This document shows positions 26,330 to 37,380 of a DNA stretch of 64,000 nucleotides, piece after piece. The DNA lies in contig JAHRHZ010000085.1 of assembly GCA_024137785.1 (NCBI GenBank), positions 3,451,770-3,515,769 on the forward strand, given 5' to 3'. Position 1 is the first letter of the stretch, and every line of letters begins with the position of its first letter. The stretch is from Ginglymostoma cirratum (Eukaryota). Under the pieces are notes generated by a model. The model was given only the letters and a program-made list of their open reading frames with translations, was not told the origin of the DNA and did no database searches. The position numbers were made by a program, and so were the translations under genes.

Positions 26330-27500
26330 TCTCCTGTGGCGACTAGAACTGGACACAATACTCCTACTGTGAGCTAAGTAAAGTCCTGTAAAACTCCAGT
26401 GTAACCTCTCTCCTCTTATAATCAACACCAGTCCAGATAAAAACATGTGCTCTGTATGTTTCTTAACCATCCTATTGACCTGTCCTGCCACCTTCAGTGA
26501 TCTGTGAACGAAAGGTCCAAGACCTTCCTTTCCTCTGAGCTTCCTGGTGTCTTGCTATTCATTGAGCAGTCCCTTGTGTCGCTATTTCTTTTAAAGTCGA
26601 TTGCATTTCTTCACATACATTGAGAAAGCAATGCAGAGCACGGTGAATTTCCCTCATGTTCATCATATTGTTAAACATAGTTTGGCCATTCTTTTTGAAT
26701 TCATTGAATGTGTTATTTACTGGGGAACATTTATTGTCGATATGTAATTGCCTAGATAGCAGTTAAAACCATCCAATGTGCAGTGAGTCACATGAAGGGC
26801 AATTAATGCTGGCAGAATGACTTCCAAAAGGACATTGAGGAGACGATCTGGTCTGAGAGTCATAGAGATGGTCATTACACCAGTGTCATTACACCAGATA
26901 TCCTAAATTAATCTAGTCACATTTGCTAACATTTGGTACATATCCCTCCAAACACTTTATATTAATACACCCTTCCAGATGCCTTTTGAATGTTGTAATT
27001 GTATCAGCCTCTACCACTTCTCTGGCCGTTCATTCCAAACATGTACAACCTTCTGCGTGAAAAAGTTGCACCTTGCAACTTTTTAAATCTTTCCACTCTC
27101 ACCTTAAACCTATGTCCTCCAGTTTTGATTTCCCTACCCTGGTAAAAAAGGCATTGACTATTCACCCTATCCATGGTCCTGTGACTATTAAAGCATCTAT
27201 AAATTCACCCCTCAACCTCCGACTCTCCAGAGAAAAAAGGACCAGCCGACTCAGCCTTTCTCCCTTTCGCTCAAACCCTTCAACCCTGGCAACATCTTTG
27301 TAAATCTTCGCTGAACCCTTTCAAGTTTAACAACACCTTTCCTGTAGCAAGGAGACCAATCTTTTTAACATGAACACCATTCCAGGTTTTTAATGAATTC
27401 AAGTGTCACCTTCTGCACTGGTGGCATAAAAATCCAAGAGCCAAGATCTTAGAGCTCTGTATTGTTCGCCAGGTATACTGTAACTATGTAATTGTCTCCC
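26330..27500 (-). mobile_element. CR1 RT and 3' fragments with interleaved SINE remnants
   Basis: ORF 26282-26491 (GQVNRMVKK..) is CR1 RT C-terminal sequence. 26860-27360 resembles 2470-2935. Confidence 0.65.
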
Positions 27501-27923
27501 CTCAACAGTTAGATTGGTTGCACGTGGAGAAAAATGTTGTTTAAAATGGTGTCAATGAATTTATGCTCCAAAGTGAGTCTCGAAGAATGTTGTCCGACGA
27601 TAACTTATCTCTGATCTGTACTCTTTACAATCGAATATTGCTGGTGTTGGATCCATAAATTGTGTTTATTTAGATTAATTAAAAGATGATCATTCAAATT
27701 TCTTCATCATTGCTGTTATTTCCCCAAATCCTTATGATTTTCCTTCGTTATATCCGATTTCATACAGGAAAACTGACTGGAGAAATTGATATGTGAGATT
27801 TCATGAACAGTATTAGAATACCAGCAAGGTGATTTCATGGGAAATGAAGCATGTCATGTTTAAATTTATATGTCTCTGCTTTCCAATACAATTTCTAATT
27901 TTAGTTTTATGTCCATCTAATAG

Positions 27924-28037
27924 ATTTTGCCTCAAAAAGCATTGTTGCTGTTGTTGCTGGATCTGGCATTGGAGCACTTGTAATTCTATTATGCGCAGTG
28001 ATGATTGTGAAGTGTCTTCTCTTAATAATAACTAAAG
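27924..28037 (+). CDS. Copy B: transmembrane exon, intact
   Basis: Flanked by aatag| and |gtacga, 114 nt, phase 1/1. DFASKSIVAVVAGSGIGALVILLCAVMIVKCLLLIITK. Homologue of identical length at 55602-55715. Confidence 0.88.
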
Positions 28038-28251
28038 GTACGAATAGGAATATATATATACTAAATGAAATAACTTCCATTCAAGTATTGATTAAACAAC
28101 CTGAATTTCACATAATTGGCTAATGAAATCTGACTCATCCAGTTAAAATAAATATATGATGTGAAACTACTTGCAGGCAGTTGTTTCACTTCAACAGGTG
28201 CATGACATGTTCACATTCATCGCTTTATAATGCAAAATCCTATCTTTCCAG

Positions 28252-28519
28252 ATCTGAAGGCAGTCCGGTGAATTTCACTGACGAAGTAATATTTCCACAG
28301 CTTCAAGGTATAACTAAATATGTGCATTTGTGTTGAATATTTTGAGATACATTCTGAATCCAATTTGCCTGTTATACTGTGTGGCTATTTGAATTACATG
28401 GTATTTTGTTGTTTTACAGAAGAATGCAAACATCACATCTCTTTTGACAATTAATGCTGAATTTATTGTCACCAGTTTCAAAGGAAAAAGTAAGAAATCC
28501 TACTTAACACACAGAGGAG
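28252..28519 (+). pseudogene. Copy B: two candidate juxtamembrane exons (28252-28307 and 28420-28519), each with an in-frame stop
   Basis: Good AG/GT sites. Similar sequence occurs in copy C at about 55130-55410 (EECKH vs EEYKY). Confidence 0.5.
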
Positions 28520-28629
28520 GTAAGGCTTTTTGTCATCAACTTTGCTTTGAAATTCATCTGAATGAATCAGACATTACAATCAAAATAATATGCTTTAATC
28601 TTCCTGTATGAAGTCAAAAAGTTTTCCTG

Positions 28630-30360
28630 TCTTGACCTACCTCGACTCCATTTACTCCCCTTTGGTCCAGGCACTCCCCAACTACATCTGGGACACAAAC
28701 CATGCTCTTTGGAAACTTTCAGTTCCCTGGCCCCGAGTGCTTCATCTTTATCATGGATGTGCAATCCCCATACACATCTATTCCCTCCAAGTACGTCCGA
28801 GAGGCCCTCAGTCTTTTCCTCTCTAACAGACCCCTTCAGTTCCCTTCCAGCAACACCCTCCTCCGTCTCGCTGAACTGGTCCTCACTCTCACTAATTTTT
28901 CCTTCAATTCTTCCCGTTTTCTCCAAATCAGGGGGTTGCCATGTGCACTCGCGTGGGCTACAACTATGCCTGCCTATTTGTCAAATCGTCCCTCTTCAGT
29001 ACGTACACCGGTCCCGTTTCCCAAATCTTCTGCTGTTACATCGATGACAGCATCGGGGCTGCATCCTGCACCCAGGCTTAACTGGAGCAGTTCATTGACT
29101 TCACTAACAACTTCCACCCCACCCTCACATTCCCTTGGTGTATCTCAGACACCTCCCTTCCCTTTCTTGATCTCTCCGTTTCCATTTCAGGCAACAGTTT
29201 ATGGACCAACATTTACGCTCAACCCACAGACTCTCATTGCTACCTGTACTACACATCCTCCCACCCTGTATTCTGCAAAAACACCATCCCGTTTTCATAA
29301 TTCCTTCATGTTCGTCACATCTGGTCTCACAAGGTCTACTCTCAAGCATCCCGGATGTCCGCCTTTTTCAATAAGTGCTCTTTCCCCGCCTCTGACATCC
29401 AGATGGCCCTCCAACACGCCTCCTCCATTCTGCACTCGACAGCTCTGAACCACTGCCGCACCCCAAACATAATAAAGAGAGGGTCCCCCTTGTCCTCACT
29501 TCCCACCCCACCAGCCTCTGCATCCAATGTATCATCCTCAAACACTTCCACCAACTGCAAGTAGCCCACACCACCCAGAACATCTTACACTCCCCACCCC
29601 CTCTTCCTTCCGCAAGGACCATTCCCTTTGCCACTCCTTAGTTTGCACCACACTCCCGACCAACCACTCCATTACCTTGTCCTATAACCATAAAAGACAC
29701 AATGCCTGCCCACACACCACCTCTCTCACTTCTATCCTGGGCTGTAAACAGTCCTTCCAGGAGAGACAGAGCTTTCGCTGCATCTCCGCCAACCTGGTCT
29801 ATTGCATCTGGTGCACCTGATGTGGTCTTCTCTACATCAGTGTGACGAAACATAGACCAGGTGATCTTTTCGCCTGGCCTGTAATGGCGAGCCTAATCTC
29901 CTGGTCGCTGTCCATTTCTACTCGCTGGCCCCCCAAACCCCTCAGACATGCCCGTTCTTGGCCTCTTCCAGTGTCGCAGTAACTCAAAGCATCAACACCT
30001 TATCTTCCGCCTGGGCACCCTACAGCCTGGAGGGCTCAACATTGAGTTCTCCAATTTCAAATAACCTTCCCACCCATCTGCCACCTCCCCTTCCAGCCCC
30101 ACCTCCTCTGTTTCATTCCACCTTCTGACCCTCCCTTCCAGCCACCAAGCGGATTCATCTCTCCCATTGACCAATCAAGTCAAAAAATCCATCTATCACC
30201 ACCATTCTTCTTCCCTCCCATCTCCCCTCCAATTTTTTTTTCTGCAGCTCCCCCAACCAGCATATCAGTCCTGCAGAAGGGTAATACCCGAAACGTTGAC
30301 TTCTCCTTTCTTCCAGGTGCTGCCTGGCTTGCTGGGTTCATCCAGCCTTCTGTTTTCCTT
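28630..30360 (+). mobile_element. Penelope-like element: RT, GIY-YIG and 3' terminal repeat, decayed
   Basis: FIMDVQSPYTSIP, LRLAELVLTLTNFSFN, YIDD and NLVYCIWCT motifs with many frameshifts. Confidence 0.92.
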
Positions 30361-32169
30361 CCTTGACAGAAGTACGACTTAGCCAGTAATATAAAAAGAA
30401 CATATCGAAATACATGATTTATTGTATTACAAATGCAACTGTGATACTTTTCATGGATAATTCTATCATTGTACGGTCACTCATGTTTCAAGATTCTCAC
30501 ACAGCAATATTGTTAAATACCTACTTTTCGTGACACGTAATGAGGTGGTCATATTTCCCTAATCTGTCTCTCAACATACTGCTCCAGAAAACTATCCCGA
30601 ACACACTCAAAAACTCATCCTTCACAGCTTTTGTGCTCATTAGTTTGTTGAGCCTTTATCTAGATTGAATCCAGTCATGATTGTTGCAAAAACACGTCAC
30701 GAATCGTTTTACTTATCTATGTTTCACCTTACTATTACTGTTTGTGGCTTGTGTGCAACTGCTAATATTTCCTGCTGCTTGCTGTTCCTTAGCTCCACCA
30801 CAGAAGATTCTTCATTTTGTTATTCCAATCTGAGATCCTTAATCACTGATTCCACCCATTACTACGAGCATTATACTAAAATATCTTCTTTTCCTTTGTC
30901 CATCCTAAATGTCATTGAATATTATTGAAAAATCAGTTCTCCCGATTATCCTGCAGTGATGTGTTTGTAATGTCAATTACACAACAGCCATTAATCCCTG
31001 TTTATTTGTTTTTAATCATTTACTTGTTGCAAGTAATACATGCATCGAGTGGACTGCCCTTGAATTTGTCATCGTCGGCATGATTCTAAGCTTTGCTAAT
31101 GCTTACCTTCATTTCCCCTGGTCTTGTCAGGTTGTGAAATCCTGTGTTTCACTGACTCAGGTGCTGAGGTGCAGATCAGAAGGGAATGAAAAGTTCCCAA
31201 TGATAAAGCCCATTGCATAAAAAGTCTGAGAGCATATATGTAAATCAAAATTGACTTCTCTTATTTTGTTCTTTGATTGAAAGGAACACCATTATTTATC
31301 CGTTAAATTGTCTCATTGTTCTCTGTATGACCATACTCTCCATTAATCTGTTGCCTCATGTTTCTATCTGAACAAAAATTTTCAGATAGAATAGAACAAT
31401 TTTCTGGAAATTCTTGTATGGCATCTTAAGTACCTTAAAGATTCTGTGCAATTGTATTGCAAGTTCGTCTTCACTAAAATAAACCTTCACGGTCCCATTT
31501 GTCATTATTCAAACGGTGCTATTGAAATAACGATGGCGATCTCATTATTTCATCACTATTCAACTCATTAATAAACGATTGCTTGGATGAGTATAATTAA
31601 CTCATTAGTTTAAGCATTAAGCAAAAATAAATGAGGGAATGCCAGTTTTAAAGCAACTAATGCATCAATCAAAAGTTTAGTTATTAAACACAGTTTGAAT
31701 TTTTACTTTTATTTCCAAATGAAGAAACATGCATTTAAGTAAGTTTATTTATCTGTGTAAAGGAAATTCAGACCAATTCCCTTCAGAAGGTACACAACAT
31801 CTTCAACTTGTTGTCGGATGTAATGTTGAATGGATTCCATATGAATGTTGAAATTGATAGGATTGAATTAATCCAATTGATTTTTTTTGCTCAGGAAACT
31901 GAATTTAGCAGGATTCCTCTTCCAAGTTTTAACACACTCAAACATGAAGTTTCATTGTTTGCCAGCAGGGTCATATCAGCAAATGAGGAAGCTTTCATTT
32001 ATGTCGATTGGAGAGAAGGGGATTGAATAGAGAAGCTTTAAGCTATTAAGAATGTAACAAAGAGATAGCAAACTCACAGAGACAGAGTAATTGCCATTGA
32101 TGACTGTGGAAAACTGATTCTTGGCTCCAGAAAATAGAAATTAATGAATGTTAAACCTCAACTTTCCAG

Positions 32170-32280
32170 AGAAAACAAGAAAGAGCTGAAGACAGATTAA
32201 CGTATGCTAATCTTGAACTGGTCCATTCAAAGGATGCTAAAAATCCTAAGCCACAGGATGAAAGAACAGTGTGTGCAGAG
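32170..32280 (+). CDS. Copy B: cytoplasmic ITIM exon
   Basis: Flanked by tccag| and |gtatct, 111 nt, phase 0. RKQERAEDRLTYANLELVHSKDAKNPKPQDERTVCAE. Confidence 0.88.
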
Positions 32281-32419
32281 GTATCTCTCTGTTCATATGT
32301 ATGAATAAAGTAACCATTTTCTTAATTACAATCATTTGGTTTTGATCAAACATTGAAGTATTCTTAACTTTTCATGAAATTTGAAACAATAATGAACTAC
32401 TTTCACTGTTGTTTTACAG

Positions 32420-32548
32420 ACCAAACATAGCATGAACAAATGCCAGCTGACTTATGTTGCTCTGAATGTGAATGGTCCTAGGTTAACAAAGAAACCAGAA
32501 AACACAGCTGCAACTCCATTGTGTGCAGCGGTGAAAGCCAGCAGCTAA
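32420..32548 (+). CDS. Copy B: terminal ITIM exon
   Basis: tacag|TKHSMNKCQLTYVALNVNGPRLTKKPENTAATPLCAAVKASS*. Confidence 0.88.
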   Translation, partial: TKHSMNKCQLTYVALNVNGPRLTKKPENTAATPLCAAVKASS

Positions 32549-33174
32549 ATTTAATGATACTGAGACAAAAATCAAGTGATATTGGTATCATGGGTGTTTT
32601 TTATCCTTTTCTGTCTGGTGCAGTGCTTTTCGTGGTCTTTAATTGGTTTCAAAAAATAGTCGTTGACGTTTTTCTTCCTTTAATGTTTCATGAATCAACT
32701 CTGTTTTGCATACAACCTTGCTGTACCGATTGAGATAGCAACTGGCTTCATTCGAACTGTTAAACTCATCATTCTCTTGAACTCACCACTATGTTGTGCA
32801 TAATAAGTATCATCGTTTTCTCATAGCTTTCTGAAAACTCTTATACCACTTTTTTCCCACCTTTTCACTGTTAGTTACATTATGAAAATATTGATATTTT
32901 GATTTCTATTTATTTTTTTCAGTGTAGGATGGTTCTAACTGTGCCAAATTATATCAGTTTTTCATTGCTTTATTCTGTTTAATTTGTTCATGTTTTATTG
33001 CATTTTTTGATTTAAATGGTTGTTCAATCCACGATAATTCAAACAATAGTTCTGATTTTATTAGTTCTGTGTCATTCCACTTTAACCATGTTCTGTAAAA
33101 GTATTGATGTATTTTGTTTATCTTCTGTGAAGCTAAATAGGCCCAAGTGATAATTGGCTATAATACTTTGTTTT

Positions 33175-33550
33175 AATTTGTTCATTGGATGCAGGTTCAT
33201 TGGCTGGGCCAGCATTAATTGTCCCTTCCTCATTTCACTTTAACTGAGTGGTTCACGAGGACAGTTCAGAGAGCCGTTAAGAGTCAACCACATGACTTTG
33301 GGTCTTGAGTTACATTTAGGTCAGACCTGGTAAGGAGAGCACATTTCCTTTTGTAATGGGCGTTAATAATCCCATTTTTAAACAAAAGTTATAAGTGATA
33401 CTTGGTCACTATTAGACTAAATCTCAATTCCAAATTGTCAAATTACAATCAGCTTTTCCCTTCTGCAATGGAGGAATTTTAACCCATGTTCTCAGAAAAT
33501 TCCTCTGGGTCACTGAATTACCACGCCATTGACATGACCTCGATGCTAAA
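33175..33550 (-). mobile_element. DeuSINE/SacSINE1-like SINE
   Basis: Reverse-complement similarity to 43350-43690 (tgtggttgactcttaac, aatgctggcccagcc). Confidence 0.7.
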
Positions 33551-34080
33551 GCCTGCTTGATTTCATTAATTGTCAATATTTTCTGCTCAAGCATGACTTT
33601 TAAAGTGCAGGTAGCAAATAGATGTGGCCGATCCATCCAATGATTACTCCAATGTTTCAATCTTGAGAACCCACCTTTTCAACAAAATACATTCCTGCAA
33701 AACTTCTTGAAGCATCTCAGAAATATGCACCTTGACAAGTCAAGAACATTTAATGTTTATAATCTTCATTTTCATTTTGTATTTCTGGAGTCCAGCAGTT
33801 ATTCCGGTTTCATACTATAATCAGATCTAATTTGAAAATGATCTGTTGATTGTTTCACTGCAAACAAAGCTAATATCAAGCTTTCTGTTATTTGGATAAA
33901 TTGGCCTGGTATTTGTTTCCACTCAAGTTATTCTTTATTCAGTGCTCCGCTTTTCCTGTTGGATTTACATGGATAATATTGAGTGTGAGCTTGAGTTACT
34001 GGTTTTGTTTTCCTAATTAGCTTCTCCCACCTACCCGACAACCGCTGTGCCTGATGTTAATAATTAACTTGGAAATATTT

Positions 34081-34909
34081 TGTTACCAGGCAATTGCTTT
34101 TCGAAAACAATTTACAAAGCACGGCTCTGCAGGGCTTGAATTCTGTGACTCGTGGACTTTTGCTTGTCAAAGATTTCTTGCAAACTACGAAGGTTAATAA
34201 TGGAGTATCAAATGTTTGTTAGAGAGTAGTAGAAGTTGGTTTGCTTAACACTCATGGAAATGTAACATTACTGAGAGAGCCTTGAGCAGTGAAGTCCTGA
34301 GAAGTTCTTGGAAAAGGATGGACGTATTGTGAAATGGTCATAAGCAGGGACTGATAGATGAAGTGAATGAGATTACCTTAAAGTGTAGAGTTCTTGTTAG
34401 TCCAGAAACAGAACTGTTGGGACAACCAAAAAATCCGACTTGCATTAGTTCAGAGAAGCTCAGGTATGTTTTAAGTCCAGGAAGAAGCAATCATTGTTCC
34501 AGTCGAAAATTTGTTGTGTCAATTAGCTTAAACCTACCATCATAATATTATTTGAAAGATGTGTCGAGAGCTTCACTGGCATTATGTTTTGGATACTACT
34601 TAAAAGCTAATTTTGTTGTTATCAATTTCTAAAGGGGTGTTTTGTGGTCAATGGATAATACATTTTACTGTGTGCTTACAGTCTTTGAATTTGTACGGAA
34701 GTTTATAGTTTTGTTTATTGTATTTTATCTTTGCTCTTTTGGAATGCATTTGCTTTGTTGATAAAGCAAAACCTGCAGTACAGTGTGCTTTTGTTTTCAT
34801 AAGATAACACTGTTTAAACTAAACAAATACAACTATGATCTATCAACCGGACTCCTAACTGGTTTCTGATTTATCTGGTTATAAAACAACATCAGCTGGG
34901 ATCGTCACA
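34081..34909 (+). repeat. Possible solo LTR
   Basis: Ends gggatcGTCACA. Candidate starts are TGTTAC (34081) or TGTGAC (34144). No clear target-site duplication. Confidence 0.35.
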
Positions 34910-36084
34910 ACTATTGTCGCAACTTGCTAATCTCGTGCACCCTTAATCTACACCAGTTATCACATCTCACAGTTTGGTATTGATGAGGGTGTCCATTGTC
35001 ATATGTGCTTCCAATCTCAATAATATCAAGTACTTCAGTATACTGGCCTCTGTACTCTTAACTAACTCGTAGAACTTTCCTGACTATTTAGTTATTTATC
35101 TTTGCAGATATAATTTCACCAATTCAGTTTCTAATAACCCATTGTTTTACTTTTAAAACATCAGAATTATTTTACCTGTGCTCTGTGTTAAGATTTACAG
35201 GCCCAAGTAATCTGTTGCTTTTACTTTAAAAAAAAACTCTTGATGTCTCTGTATAAGAAAAATATAATGCAGTAATGATAGAAGTGAAATAAGAGAAACA
35301 AGTGGATTTACTTTGGAAGCAACCATTAAAGTATATGTCTAAATAAGTCTTAAAACATAAGATAATTCTTTTCAAAAGTGATGTATGATTAATGTGGCTT
35401 CCCCATGAAGTGATACTTTAAGGGTAACATCTCAGTCAGAATTTCATGAAACATTTTTTATTCTGGGCCATATTACAAAGCATATTGCACCAATCTCATC
35501 TATCATTATTTTCTTGTGAGGTATTTCACTTATAAATAAATACATGTTATGATCTTAGAACAGGTATGCTCAAATGGACACAGACAGTCAGCTGTAATAT
35601 TAATACGTAAGTGAACATAGGAAAATGAGTAAGCTGTTCAGCCTTTCGAGGCTGCTCAATTATTCACTCAGACCATCCAAGCTGGTGCCCTGTTCCCGCT
35701 TTCTCCTGGTACCCTTTGGCTCCTTTAGCACAAAAACTATATCGAACTACTTCTTGAAAACATTAAATGCTTTAGCCTCAACCACTTTCTGTGGCAGAGA
35801 ATTCCACAAGCTCACAACTTCCTGTGTGAAGAAATTTTTCCTCATTGCAGGGATGTGTAATAGGACATTTGAAAAATCATATTTTTTAACACAGTTACAC
35901 AGTTTCTGGAAGTGAATGGATAAATAGAAAGGCAGTATTGTACCCTTTATTAAAGGTGTTTTTGATAAGATCTCAGTTGCAAAACTGCATGTGGTTTTGA
36001 TTTCACTGTCTAATGTAGGATATATCTTTGTTAGCGAAGATGCAATTACATGATGTCTGTGAAGAGAAGACCATGTAATGGGTA

Positions 36085-36735
36085 CAACCAATCAAAAATG
36101 GATCATGTGCTGGAAAATGATCATAGCCTTGGTTCAAACATGGGCCGGAGAGCTGCATCCCAGAGGTGAGATGGGAGTGACAGCACATGACACCAAGTCT
36201 GTCCACCATGTACAAGGCACAAATCAGAGTTTGATGGAAATCTCCCCTGTTGTATGGAAAGGTGTAGCTCCAGAAACACCCAAGAAACTTTAAACAATCC
36301 AAGACAAAGCAGTCCACTTGATTGGCGCCACATCAACAAGTATTCATTCTCTCTACCACAGGCACTCAGTCGCAGCATTATGTATTATTGACAACACACA
36401 ATGCAGAAATTCACAAAATATCCTCAGACAGTACCTTCCAAACCCAAGACCACTTCCAACTTGAAGGACAATGGCAGCAGATATATGGGGACACCACCAC
36501 CTGCAAGTTCCCCTCCAAGCCACTCACCATCCTGACTGGGAAACAAATCACCATTCCTTCACTGTCGTTGGATCAAAATCCTTGATTTCTCTCACTGACG
36601 GCATTGTGGGTCAACCTACAGCACAGGGACTGCAGTGGTTTAAGAAGGCAGCTCACCAACTCAAATTGAGGGCAATGATGGAAGAGCAATAAATGCTGGC
36701 CAACCAGCAATGCCCACATCCCATGAGTGAATAGC
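36085..36735 (+). mobile_element. CR1-group LINE 3' end, internally deleted
   Basis: Same family as 11616-12585, ending gcaataaatgctggcc. Confidence 0.8.
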
Positions 36736-37380
36736 CAAAAATGTTATTGGAACAGTTAGGTGGTTGTTTTTGACCAGTGCAGATGTGATGGGCTCAAGGG
36801 TCTCTCTTTGTGCTTTTCATCTCAATGACTCTATGAAGCTATGACTCTAAAAGGGCAAACTAAGTTGAAAACCCTGGATAATGTAAGCCCATGAAGACTG
36901 AGAACAAGTAGCATTATAATGTTCCAAAAAAGTGTTAGTTCAGACCTTAGTTTAAGGGATTCAAGTTCAACATTCCAGACCCTAAATCTTTGGTTAGAAT
37001 CTTGAACATGATACTTGAAGCTGAGAATATCTAAGTATATTTCTGTGAATAATAAAGAGAGAGGCTCTCACACTGTCATGAGCAGGTAATGAAATAAACA
37101 GTTAAATCAAAACTGTAGGTGTTCGAGGGAGGAAAGTTCTTTCTTGTTTTGCAGCATCGTAAAATGATGGGATGATATTCATAACTTGCGTTTCTAAACT
37201 GTTTAAAATACGATACATGTGAACAGCTTGGATCATTCTATTTTCTCTTCACACAGAATAGATGTATCATAGAATCCCTGCAGTGTGGGAGCAGGCCATA
37301 TGGCCCATTGAGTCCACAGCGAGCCTCTGAAGAGCATCCCATCCAGACTCACCTCCTCACCCTAGCCCTGTAACCCCACT

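Noticed and set aside
27829-28035. ORF with a poly-Cys run (HCCCCCW)
   Set aside because: It is an alternative frame of the TM exon (IVAVVAG).
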